Source: Phallusia mammillata (Eukaryota). Taken from it: a stretch of 64,000 nt of DNA. The position numbers and the translations under genes were made by a program. The first letter of the stretch is position 1; every line of letters starts with the position of its first letter. The notes beneath the pieces are model-generated. The model did not search any database. It saw only the letters and a list, made by a program, of their open reading frames with translations, and was not told the DNA's origin. The stretch lies in NCBI GenBank assembly GCA_965637545.1, contig OZ281497.1:20088001-20152000 (forward strand), written 5' to 3'. Shown piece by piece: positions 42,401 through 55,000 of the stretch.

Positions 42401-45285
42401 CGAAACGGATTTCCGCCACATCGCTCATATATATAGTTTTATATGCACATATATACAGGGTATTGATGCTTACCGATAAATTGTATGGCTTCGGGAAAGA
42501 ACTGCGAGAGGTTCTGGCTCCAGTGGTCGGTAATGGGAATTTGCTTGTACTTGTATCGCTTGTCGCCCTCGAACACGTTTGGAAGGTTGGGAGTGACGTT
42601 AAGGATGTAGGTGATGTTGTACCGCGCCAGGATTTCGGCGTTCGAGGCGTCCTTAGCGCAACCGAGGAACAACCCGGGAAGGATTTCGGCCGGGATCGTG
42701 GCTCCGCCGTAGAGGGCGTGTCCAGGGGATGGGGAGGGGCAGACGGGTGAAGGAGATTTCACTGAAGGTTCCTTGTCGCAAGTGCAGCACGTGCACGCTG
42801 GAGGGATGGAAAGTGGTGCTGGTTTCAAAGTGAGGGTGGTGTTTCCTTCGGTGGAGGAAAGGCTCGTGGCGCTGTTGGGATCATCTGACTCCCCTTCGCT
42901 GTTGAATCGGTCGCTGTGTCGGGCGCATCGATGTTGTCGGTGGTTGTCACATTGACGGTTGACACGTTTAGCGCCGCGCGGCAACCTGAAGTTGTCGAGT
43001 TCCTCATCTTCTTCGTTGTTATTGTCACACGAGATTCTAAGCGCCCCGAGTCCAAGGATGGATGGGGTCAAACCAAGTGGGGTAACTGGGGAGCAGCGCC
43101 CTCCACGGGGTGACGATGACGCCGATTCATCGCTTCCACATCCTTCGTCGTCAGCATCGCTCGACAGAACGTTACCGGCTTTGGTGCACAAATCGGGATG
43201 GCCAGTTTCAAACTTCGTGTAGCCTCCTACAAATGAGATCGAGGGGTTAGAAACACGAAAACATCTCGATATCTAGGACATGTGATAAGCCTTATCTTGA
43301 GAAGTATGCGTTACATGATGTTTCTCGGTAGGGCGCCTTCCGGTCCAAGCAGCCGGGGTCGTTTGAAAGTTGGCCGCGATGCGTGTTGTTCGTGTCTGAA
43401 GCGCGCGCGTGTGTTCTTGACATGGTTGTAAACGGGCTGTGTGACGCTGTCACGGCGAAAGTTTAACGATCTTGTTCTTGGAAGTGCGCCTTGGCTGACA
43501 CGGCCACTTGCGGTACATGGACTGCCGTGTTTTAAAAATGAGATTTGAAGAGGAACAATTTATTTCGGGATCTTGCGCAACGCACAGGTTGACGAATTGC
43601 TCATCGAGATTACGACGCGTCTTAATGCGGTTTAGCCCACTCATCGCGCAATGTCGATTGACCATAGCCGTAAATCCGTAGTTTTTGCCCCGCGTCTGTC
43701 AACGCATGATTCACCAAGTCTATTGAAAGCCTGAGGCGATACGCACCGGTCGTTGTATGTTTTGCGCTGCACGGACCGGCCTAAAAACTTTCCACTCCTT
43801 TTATTGCCTCGACGACGGGCAGTGAAGTATAACGGCTTACTTCGCTGCACGCAAGCCGTAGGTTAATGGTTAACAACTTAGTTATCAAATTGGATCAGTT
43901 TACAGCACACACAAGCGCGTGAGGTGCGTTGCTCAAAGAACACCGGATAACCAATGTTTGGCGAACGATCTCTAAAACGACGACACAAGGTTATCAGTCG
44001 CGCAATGCAAACAGTGCAGCGATTCGACACACCGCCGAGTTGCTTATCAGGCTATTGATTGCGCTCAAGGCTCCGATATTGGCTCGTTGCAGCGCTTTTG
44101 AAAAGAGGCGCAAAGCACATCCTGCTATCCACACCACACAAACACATGATAAGTATTACCCAGTACAAAACAGTACTTCGAATTTTAGCGTAAATGTTTT
44201 CAGGGTTTTAGACCACACCGTTTCGCCAAACTAATGCCAGAGGCGACCAAAAGTTGCGAAAACAGCAGACAAATCTCGCGGTTCACGTCAAACCCCGGTG
44301 TTGGGTTACCCGGTAATTCGCGCTCGCAGTGGTTGACGGTTGAGTCAGGGAAGACGAACGGGCAAGACGGGTCTCGATTATCGCGCGCATTGGACCATGA
44401 ATTGTTCGCGTGAGAAGCGGAGGGCCCGGCGGTGACCGCGACAAACACGCCGGATAAGCGGTGAAGAGAATTCGGTCGGGTTTGTTGACGCGGTGAGTCA
44501 CTCTGTTTGCCGTACAAAGACTGCGCCGTGTAGTTTTATGTGATTTGCGTGCGACCGCGTGCTTAAGTTTAATGTGCAACCGTTGAATGGAAAGACAAAA
44601 GTACTAACTTTCAACACGTCTTAGCTTATTCCGATGGTAACACAGGCCAGTTCACACCCCTAAGCGTGCTAAACGTGACGCGTCTTGTCATCACGTCTGT
44701 TAGTTCCGATGATTACTCGGGGCTGCATCCGGCGTGCCACGACTACTGTGCCATTGCGCTATTTGCAGGCTACACACTCATTCCATGATTATTCGTCTTA
44801 TTCACGCCTCACTTTCCATTTAACGCAGGCGCTTTATCATAGTCTACGTCATAATCGGTTAGCTTTGAACAACGCATGAATGTCATGACACACTATATGT
44901 TTGTCTTACCTTGAAGCACGAAAACTTTGCATCCTTCGTTGGACATGCGGTTGTAGAGAAGACTCAGCATTGACGAGTCGTTGTTGTTTAATTCGGCGGT
45001 GAAATGGTCGTACAAAACCACTTGATACGTTGTGCACTTATTCAGAAAGGCCTCCTTCTCTTGACGAAAATTTGGTGGTACAAGGCTCTTCAATGACAGC
45101 TTGTTAGCTTTAAGTCGACGCATCATCAACTGTGGAAGCACAATGTTGTGTGAACCACTGATATGGCCATGCCGATATTCTTCGTTGGATCTGCAGTCCA
45201 GCAGCAATACGTCGTCTTGGCGGAAAAGGCTTTCGCGGAGTTCTTCACAGTTAACATAAGCTTTTGATTCCATGGTGATCTTCAT
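39440..45285 (-). CDS. DUSP6: Dual-specificity MAP kinase phosphatase of the DUSP6/7/9 (MKP3) group, 3 exons
   Basis: Exons 44910-45285 (rhodanese domain LLLDCRS, kinase-interaction motif LMMRRLK), 42474-43226 ([46 protein letters not shown]) and 39440-39828 (catalytic [25 protein letters not shown]). Confidence 0.96.
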
Positions 45286-45766
45286 TCTCTAATGGCTGTT
45301 GCCGATTTGAATTCAAACTTTTCTTTCAACACAATACAGTTGCTTGATACTGGAAAGATGCGATACTAGAGGTTCGCCCTTTCGTGAAATAAAGCACGAC
45401 TGACAACAACAAGGCTTATTATGTAGATATATATATATGTGTGTCTGCAAAAGAAAAATCAACAACGTTATACAACTGAGTTCGCGTTCGTGGTCTGCTT
45501 CCCTTGCGCTCACTTCACAGTCTCACTCTGAACCATGTCTGCCCGTTGGCTCGCAGTTTTGTCGACCAACGCGAGGAAAAAAGGGAGCAAGGCAAGAAAC
45601 ACTATCTCCTCTCTTTTTGTGACCGGCGCCGCGTCGACGCCGCATTGAGTGGGAGAAAAAAGGGAACGCGTTGAGTAATCGCATACACGCCAGCGGCGAA
45701 GGAAATAATGAATAACTGAATGCGAGTGCTAGGAGGATGGGAGGACTTGTGGAACTCGGCAGGGGG

Positions 45767-45773
45767 CCGGAAG
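45767..45773. promoter_or_regulatory. Candidate ETS site in the DUSP6 5' region
   Basis: CCGGAAG here, with further copies at 43337-43343 (intron 1), 37681-37687 and 49323-49329. ETS-dependent ERK feedback on DUSP6 is established in other animals; function here is inference. Confidence 0.35.
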
Positions 45774-48700
45774 CTTTGCCTGACAAAGCTGGGCACTTGT
45801 AAACGCTCGAGCGCGCACTTTTCCTCAGTGCGCTGTGTTCATAATAGCGAACAATGTACCGCAATACTACACCTGAGTGTGAGCTATAAATATATATTTC
45901 CAACAACATTCTTTTTCGCTTTACGTTTACGCTGTGTAACTATGTAGGGCGCGGAACGCAGAGTCGGAAACGGGTAAAATTTCCCACCACAAACTGTACA
46001 GTGTCATGCCCCTCGGTTTAATATTCTATCTATGGTCTACGCGCGTTGCGTATTTTCTTCCTTTCCACCCTCGTTCATGTCACAGGTTTAATGGTCATAC
46101 ACGCCTTCCTGACACATTGCCAGGAAGGTGACTGTCGCAATGCAACGTCGGCCAATTAAAAGCGCTACCGACTGCAAGGAAGAGATGCATGGAGTCTGCA
46201 CAATTGAGGAAGGTAGTTGATCGAAAATTTGCATCACAATGAATTTGTTATTGCAGGCAATAAGCCCGGCCGCCACTACGAGGAAGCCTGATTGCCGTGC
46301 AAATTCACCATCCTATTGATATCTGCCAAAGCGTAACACCCAAAATGCCTGTAGCGCTTTTGGATGACAATTTCCTGAATGAACATTACGTCACATCTAT
46401 TAATTGGTAACATTCCTCGGTGTTTGGACTTGGCTGTTGTCGCCAGGCGAATCACTTCGTTAACAAGGCTACGATTTCAAGCAAATCTCGCTCTTGACTG
46501 CCACCTCGCGAGGCAAATTTCAGGTGGTCAAAAACAATCTTGTATCATATAGTACAAGATGGTAAAGAGGGTTTGTGTCTTTGATTTTGGGTTGTTGAAG
46601 AGGTAATCAAACTTTAGAATTGTATTCTAATGACCGCGTATCTAATCGCAAGCAACTGCTTCAAAACGGATGACTGACTTCAACCCCACGGAGGTGATAA
46701 GTCGCATCGCAGCAGGAAACGATGTTGCTAGTAGCATCAGTGGTAATTAATGCAAATTAGAAGCACAGCGGCATTCGTCAGGGGTGGTATGTTTGCCGAC
46801 TCAACAACTTTTAGCAGTTCATGCTGGGGCGAAAATGAAATGCCAAATCGAAAAGTGTGAACAATATCACTTTAAAGCTTTAATAAAAGCTCATATGACA
46901 GTGCTGTTCGGCATGGAAACGCTGGAAAATGTGAAAGTTGTTTTAAATGCTTTTAGTCGATGCTTGTTTTAGCGTATTCGTGGAAAAATCGTGAAAGGTC
47001 TGGCTGTTTTAGATATGCCCATGACAGTTTTCAGACAGGGTCAAGTTCATGGTTTTTGCTTTCACTCAGCTGTCTGTTTAAACCCTTAAAATCGAAAACG
47101 ACAGGCGCACTTATACATTAAAAAAAAAATCATAAGCTCCGAAGTATGCTTGTTAGAAGGATTGTAAAATAAGCGTGCTAAGTTTGCCCTATCCATAGCA
47201 CAAACCCAAACCAGCAATACAGAGGGCTATTTTAACGGAAAAACAAAACTGAAGTTCATTTTGTTGACTGACAAGCGCAATTTCACTACTGCCTTCAGAT
47301 TGACGTTTATGCATTACCAGACGCGATCTAAATCCAGCGTCAATCAAGGCGAAGTCCTTTGTCATGATCTAAAACCGCGCTGTTTTGCTTAACAGTTGCA
47401 GTTCGGGTTTCCGTACAAGCGGAACACGGCCAATTCCACCACACCCATGTCCGGGCCTTGTTGACACAGCCTGTAGAACTGAAGGCTGGTAAGTGGGTAT
47501 GGAGTCTGTTACAGTGGCTTCGTGAGTGGATTTGAGCCTAAGCCGACTTCGAGTACTATCTAGTGTTGTAAAACAAGGGGGTGTGGCCAAGTTGAACAGA
47601 GTGTGCCAATAAATGGCGATCCCTTTGCGTGCGTCATCGCCGAAAAAGCCGTTTGGTCTCCTTTGCACGTCTTTGACACAACGATGCGTTGGGCAATCGG
47701 TTATTGGGAGAATTTGTTTTCGAGTGGGCACGTCAAATCTCCACGAGTTATTGGCAATTTTAACAAGGCCGATTTTGTTTTTCCCTTGGCGCGATTCGAT
47801 CAATAGCCTTGAAGCGGATACATTGCCAGCTTGAATAACAATTTCTGAAACATTATGAGAAGATTCGCCAACGTCATTGGTCGAATGAGATTATACGCAT
47901 CGGTTTTCTCCTTATCATTTTGCTTGTTGACGTCTAGGTGTTATTCGTGAGCAAATAGAACAGTCTCACTCTCACATCGTAGAAAGTCATAAAACCGACG
48001 TGTTGAATGTAGCGCGTAACTTCCAAGCTAACGACAAACGCCAATCACTGCACCTGACTCAAATAAATAAACACTTACTGTTACACCTAACAGTAGCTTT
48101 TTTACACCAAGTAATCTGCATCTACAAAAAATAATCCAAAAAACTGAATGTGTGGACGAAAATTAGCACCACAATGCACATGTTTTTCCAGGCAATTTCG
48201 TGTTAATATCACTGATGCTAACGAACAGCGAACACTATCAGGATCAACTACACGCTTTTTATGCAGTAGCTCGAATTTTGTTTATCATGTCTACTTTTCG
48301 GCATGCATATATGTACTGCGGTATATAGACATGATGATATCACTGCATAGTCAGGAAAGAGATGATTATTCACTGCACGATGCTTTTGCTGTTCAACCGA
48401 ACTTCGTGTTTTAACTGCACGATCGTATTTAAATTAGGTGGCTTATGTTTCTTCGTTATAATGCCCAATAAACATCCTTCCCGGAAAGTTGCTACGTATG
48501 TTAACTTGTCGACGGCTGCTTTTCCTTATTTGCATGTGTAGTGTCAAATCTGGGGCTTTTTGGTCAATGTTTTTAAACGAAAATGAGCCCAAATAATAAT
48601 ATACTTGTAATTTACATAAAAGTCGCGCTATTCTGCACCATAGTTGCGTTGAGTTAAAATTACGCAGCTCTATAGTTTCTGTTCAATGATATTTTTAAAC

Positions 48701-49063
48701 ATACGGGTGTATTTGATTTTTTATGTGTTTTTTTACACATTGCGTAACCGACACTTTGGACCTCAGTGTCACAAGGTCACGTAGATTTTGTTGCTATCAC
48801 GAGGTTGGTCACGAATAGCACGAATTCATGTTTCACGAGACAAATTCAACTAAAAACGTGAGCCATGTTTTCGTTCCAAGTTCGCTACCCGTCTATTCTC
48901 CATTGCCACAAAACAGACGCCTTCGCGATTAACTGCTTCAAGTGAAAGGGCGATTGTTTTGATGGCAGGACACGCCCTGACGAGATTGGCAACGGCACGC
49001 TTGTGGAAACACGATTACATGCAGGTGGTTTGTATTAGGAAAATGACGAAACTTCGCCACATG

Positions 49064-49420
49064 CAAGAATTCCCATTTCTTGGAAGACAAAGGCGTTACT
49101 GTGAATACTACAAAACGTGCAACAGAGTGACAAAATATACCACAGGTGACCCAAATCACTGCCCATGTACGTTTATTGTCGCCAAAATGCAAGAATTACA
49201 ATTTCCTGAAAGACAAAGACATTGCTATGAAAATTAGAAAACCTTGCAACTGAATGATAAAATACCACAGGTGACCCAAATCAGTGCTCACGAACATATA
49301 TTGTTGCCAGAACTTCAACTTCCCGGAAGACAATGACTTTATTATAAATACCAGAAAAACGGGCAACAGAGTCGTAAAAATACCACACAGGTGACCCAAA
49401 TCAGATCTCACGTACATTTA
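49064..49420. repeat. Three diverged tandem repeats of about 120-125 bp with a perfect 18-bp core
   Basis: CACAGGTGACCCAAATCA at 49141, 49266 and 49386. The units also share GA(A)AGACAA and GCAAC blocks. Confidence 0.85.
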
Positions 49421-50281
49421 TCCTTATACCTTATAAGTTATATGTCATTAAATTGTAGAGTTTTGTTAATTTTTCTCAACACTTTGAACACAGGTTAAGA
49501 AATGCAGCCTGATGCAAAAACAAGGCCTTTTGATTATGACCATTAGGCTACGCTTGATAAGAGATCTGCAAAGAGTGTATTTGTAGTATACAGGAAGTTT
49601 TGCTTATAATAATGTCAATAGCTTCTAACCAACAATCTGAAGTGGTCACATAACGACGTCTGGTCAAAATGGTATTTTTTCGCATTTTTCATTTCGAGTG
49701 TAACCGACAATCGCTTGTGAATTTGGGATAAAGAATTCGTGCCGGTCGTACTTTGGACGCCCCCAAAGCGGGGAAGTTGTAATGCTGTTTGGTTGAACGT
49801 GCATGTTTGTTCCGAAGTCAATTGAGTCACTTGCCAATTCGTAGGATGCGAAACCGGATTTACGCATGTTGTTTTTTCCCAGTTCAAAATACACATGATT
49901 TTGCGACCGTGACAGATAATATAAGCGCATGCTAGGAAATGTATTCAAATTCCTGAAATTGGTGCCATTTTTAGTCTTCTTTGCATTTAAAAAAGAGCTT
50001 AAGTTTCCTACTGTCTCGTAATATGTTGAAGTATATGACAGGATTTTTGTGGAAACCCGTGGCTTTATACGAATATAAATCTATAGGACGTCAGTTGCTT
50101 TAGATAACAATACAATTTTCGAACAATGGAGTCAGTAAAATCGCTAAAATGTTGGATAACAACAGTTTTATTTGTGATTTACCTTCGGTCCAGAAATATA
50201 GTTTCTTATTTCAAAATATTTTTTAAAGGGCTTATTTGAAGAATGGCTTAATTATTTTACAAACGGCTTATTTATAATATA

Positions 50282-50631
50282 CAGGGTTCCCGCACAATTT
50301 TTGTTTATAAATTCCATGACTTTTCCAAAACTTTTCAAGAAAAAAACAACAAATTTCCATAACCTTAATCGAAACAAATCGAGCAATTCCCATAGTAAAA
50401 CTAGAAAAGAGGCTTTGGTATATGTAGCCAATTTTCCATACTTGCAACGAATATACAAACGTTACGTAATTTGAAATTCCCTAGCTCTATCTGGCATTTA
50501 TAGGTGCCAAATTCCATACTTTTTCAAGGACTTTTGCAAAAGTTGGCTTTTTTCAAAACTTTTCCAGGCCTTAAAAATACAAATTTAAATTCCATAACTT
50601 TACCAGGTTTTCCATACCCGCGGGAACCCAG
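50282..50631. mobile_element. 350-bp non-autonomous DNA transposon with an apparent 6-bp TSD
   Basis: TIRs CAGGGTTCCCG / CGGGAACCCAG. AATATA on both flanks (50276-50281, 50632-50637). Internal AAATTCCAT(G/A)ACTTT repeats. Confidence 0.75.
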
Positions 50632-52036
50632 AATATACATTGACTAGTTTGAAACTGTTGAATTGATCACCCATCCGAACAACAATGAAAAGTCCTTGTG
50701 GCTCCTGTCTCTGACAGACGTAAAGCGCAACACGAAAGAAGATTTGCAAAAAATACTATATTTCACGACTTACACGCGTCGAGGCACTACGTGTGACGCC
50801 ATCGAGTGACGTCACGAAAAAGTCACGCAAGTAAAATAAGACAGAGCGAAACGAAACGGCAAATACCGTACAGAAACATAGAAATAAAAATAGGAAATAC
50901 GTCGAATGAGATTTATGTTACTTATTTTCCAGTGGGTCTATGAAACTCGTTTATCATAGTATCTGACCTTATTTTGGATATTTTAAAAATTATATGTAGG
51001 CGTAATGAGGAATATAACGGACCAAATAGACGTAAAACGCGACATGCTTTATTATTCAAACGTTTCGGCTGTGTGAGCGTGGTATCAGTTAGCGTAAAAT
51101 GGGAACTATTATCGATGGAAAGTTAAAACCCTAAACCTATTTTAAGCCTATCAGGCACGGTTACGTAAAGCCATGTTTTGTGCTGGACTTGATTCAACCT
51201 GACAAAGAAAATGAAAGTACAGGGTTAGTGCTATTCTGAGTAACGGATTTTATTCGAAATCGATGGACATTTTCGACATGGCGATGTTGTCTTGCTTATG
51301 TAGAGACAATAATAGTTCATGCAGCTGTTTTTTGAAAACAGAATCTTATTTTGTGGGGGTCAAAGACATGGGCAGGTGATCTATTGATTGTTTAGTCGCT
51401 ATGTTAAGAAGACACAGCCCCCAACAGATATTGGACTACACAGAATTGAAAACTTTAAAAATACATGGACAGTAAAATACCAAAAACGAATTCTGCCGCA
51501 AACAGTTAAATGAGTCAAAAAACAAACTGGCAACGAAGCAAAAAGGGAGTTGAATAGGCCAAGTCGTCACAAGACACAAGCTAAATGGGGCATATCGCGT
51601 TGCGTCAGTTCCATCTTTTCAAAACGCGCCACAAAGAAACAACAAAACTTACTCCAAAATTTAAACTTAAACAGCCTAATGACGCACTTCTACGCAAAGA
51701 GTCCGGATGCGTAACATTACGTGACCTCTCACGCAAAACGAATATTACGCAAATACGTCAGACGCAAAGGTCGTTAATTGAAAACATGTAATCATACGCA
51801 AAGGTCGAAAAGCCGTTTAAAGCGCTATGATGTAACACCGCGCCGCCCGATTCACAAAATGTAATATTTCACCACATAGAGGACTTCGGACCAAATTGAA
51901 GCTTCAAGTGTCGCCTAGTATGGATGTTCAGTTTTCAATGGTCCTTCCTGTCATTGAATGGCGAGGTCTTGGGTGTGTTTGTATGTGTGAAAGTGGTAAG
52001 CTGGTTTGCGTAACACAGTCGGCTATGTAAAAAGAG

Positions 52037-55000
52037 TTAATCTGTGGGTCGGACTTGTAGAGTGATTTTCTGCTGGTTGTCGAGGCACTCCTTCAGTTTG
52101 TCTTCGGTCATACTCATTCGCTGCTCCAAAATTGTCATTGTCTAAACACAAATTTTAACATATCATTACCTCGTTGTGGTTATTGTTTTTGACAAACTTG
52201 TGTAATGTAATTATCACGTTATCTGGTGCTCTAGTTGGTATTCATTATCTTTTTAAGCATTCACACAACTGATGAAATACTGCTTGCAGTTTTTGCATAA
52301 GTTTCTCACAAACAAAACGAATTTATTATGCCAATATGCTTAAGACAACTTTAAATCTAAATTTTTCAAATTGTAATAAATTGAGAATCCTTCAACCGTC
52401 AGGCCGATGTCTTTATCCGGAGGACCTTTGATATTATTAAATTTAAACCGCTAAAGAATTGCAATGCGTCTAATTTTAACATAAACTTATCTTAATTTAA
52501 GTCCTATAAAAAAAAAATTAATATGTTGGGCTGTCAGCTTCTGTGATACACAATACATAACTATATAGTTTGTGATTTAATTTTAATAGTGACATAAATA
52601 TATTACGGACAAGATTTTTGTCGATATTTCCTAACACAAAAGTCGGAAATCCTCTTACACCGTAAAACCAAAGCATAATGCCAATACCCAACCAAGATAC
52701 TGTTCAGTTTAATAACAAGACAAAAAAACGTTTTTGTCGAGGTACAAATTATACAAGGTGCGGTAAAAATCGTTACAGACAGCCCAGAACGAGTTCCAAT
52801 CACGTCTGAACTCGGGGCCAGGAGATGTCTAAATTTAGCGATGCTTACCGCCATGGTGGAATCAATAGAGATACATTTGTATGGGGAAGGGTGGTTAGAG
52901 TTCAACCAGCAATGCTGTATATCTTGGTAATTGAAATGTCAGATTTGGGCGGATTGAGCCAAAACGGGAGACACCTCACCGACAGTGACGTGGAATAGAC
53001 CGACCAACCCCTTCTGGTGAACATTGACTTTAACGCGGTCGTGTGGGGGCGTGTTCAGTGTTAAACCCGTTTTAACTTAACCGAAGAAATGGAAATGCGG
53101 GATTAAGGTTATTTTTGGTGACGCATTTTAGGATCAATCGATGCACGCTATTGACTGTTGTTGAAAGTTTGCTGCGAAAAATAAATTGTCATTTATCGAT
53201 ACAAGGCCTTTCCGGATGTGCAAATGCCCTTTTCTTAATGTCTTTGTATTGAATTTCTACGCAAAGAGGACTTAAAGAATCTAGGAACTAAAAGAATAAT
53301 GCTATTAAACAGTGAAGTAAAAAAGGCTATTATTATTATTGAATTGAAAAGACATATAAAAAACAATTCAGGAACACCTCTCCCCTACAAGCACGTTTTA
53401 ACTAATGGCGGATCTTTAAAGAGATCTTTGCGTATTTTACAATTATCGGAAAAACATGTTTGACTTGAACATACCTGTGTCAACATATCAAGTTGGCCGA
53501 CGATCTGTTCCAAGGTGGCCGCCACCTTCGGCGGAATCTGGCGTTCCTCTAGTGGCGCGGTAATACTAGTGGCAAACTTCGATAGATCCGGATCGCTAGG
53601 GGCACGGTCGGTTAATCGCAGCTTGGTAGGAGATTCCTGGTGATGTGATTGATCCGCCAAATGACGTCTTGCTCGCGTCGCCTGGTCTGCTGACGTCAGA
53701 TGTAAGTCTTCTAATCCTCGCTGGTAAAATAAAGGATTTAAGGAGTGTTGTTTTAAGGGTTTTGCGCTAAATCGGTGAATATTGATCGAGGTAGACAACA
53801 TTGAACATGGCAGGTTGCAAGGAGTAGATTAAGTGCTCGGAAGCGTTTTTGAGATCGATATATTGGTGTAAATGCTGATCCTGCAAAGGTGATTTAAGAC
53901 CCTTTGCAATGTAAGTCTTCTGAAAACATAACGTTATAGCGAGAGGACATAAAAAACTTGCCATTTGCGTTGCTAAGCACGGGTTTTTAGTAACTACTCG
54001 AAACACACTTTACACATGACAAATATTTTGCTTTTGAAACGTTTCGTATTAACGAGCGACATGTGATAACCGTACTTCAAATTTTAAAATGGAATACCCT
54101 AGCGGGTTTTTAGAATATCAAAATTCGGAAAGAAAACAAAGTGGGTCACATATTTTATTATGCGTCAATGTCAATGCTAAGATGCTTGTTGCTGCATCTT
54201 TTCTGCAAGTCTTGTAATCCTAGGTAGTTTTCAGTTTAATACACGCAGCAGTCATATCTGAGCTGAGACGATTCCTGGCACTCGATTTTATGAAATTCAT
54301 GTGTGAAAAGATTCGCATGAGTATGTTGAACCGAACAGCGTCAACAAAGTTACAACAAATCGTTTCAAGTTGTACGTTTAAATAAACATATCTGTTGCCT
54401 TGACTCAACAATCTCTATTTGAAACAATAGGCAATCTGGCAAAGGGCTTAAAGTTAACTGTTGTGTTGCTTTTTAATCTTGGAAATCTGGTAACCCTACC
54501 TAAAGTAATCAGGATAAATTTTAAAAACTACAAGTGGGTCACTGGAATTCACGTGATGGTGGGTCACTTTGTCACCCGGAGGGTCAGTGGTTCGCCATCC
54601 CTGCCCTAGCTCATAGATTTGTGGACGAAGACTATAATCAGCCTTTTGGCAGTACATTTAAGTTTATGCAAACATCCAGTCATTAATGCCTAAGATTACG
54701 CGATAGGTATACTTTGCCCTAGCAGTATCGTCAGTATGTTGATAATGTGTTCATCAACTTACAAACAATCCACATGAAAACAAAAACAATTCCGCACAAC
54801 TTACAGCGGGTTCAGAAAACATTGCAGGACCGACGTCCATCAGGGTTGGAGCTATGGACGCAGAAACATTGCGTGGTTCGGTCATAGCGTTGAGGGTTGA
54901 ACTTTTTCTGGCTGGTGATCTTTCTGTTCCATTAACGTTGGATTTCATTGCCGATCGTGGCTGATATTCTTCAACCACCTCTTCAGAGCGAAGTTGCGAA

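Noticed and set aside
42271-43222. + strand ORFs of 159, 87 and 65 aa over DUSP6
   Set aside because: Antisense shadows of GC-rich coding exon 2.
49064-49420. CRISPR-like reading of the regularly spaced 18-bp core
   Set aside because: Eukaryotic context, no cas genes, and the intervening sequences are homologous to each other rather than unique spacers.
51045-51090. Minus-strand CTGATAC...GCT-CACAC-AGC-CGAAACGTTTG, resembling a second hammerhead
   Set aside because: The CUGAUGA core is broken (CUGAUAC) and no stem I is evident; at most a decayed remnant.
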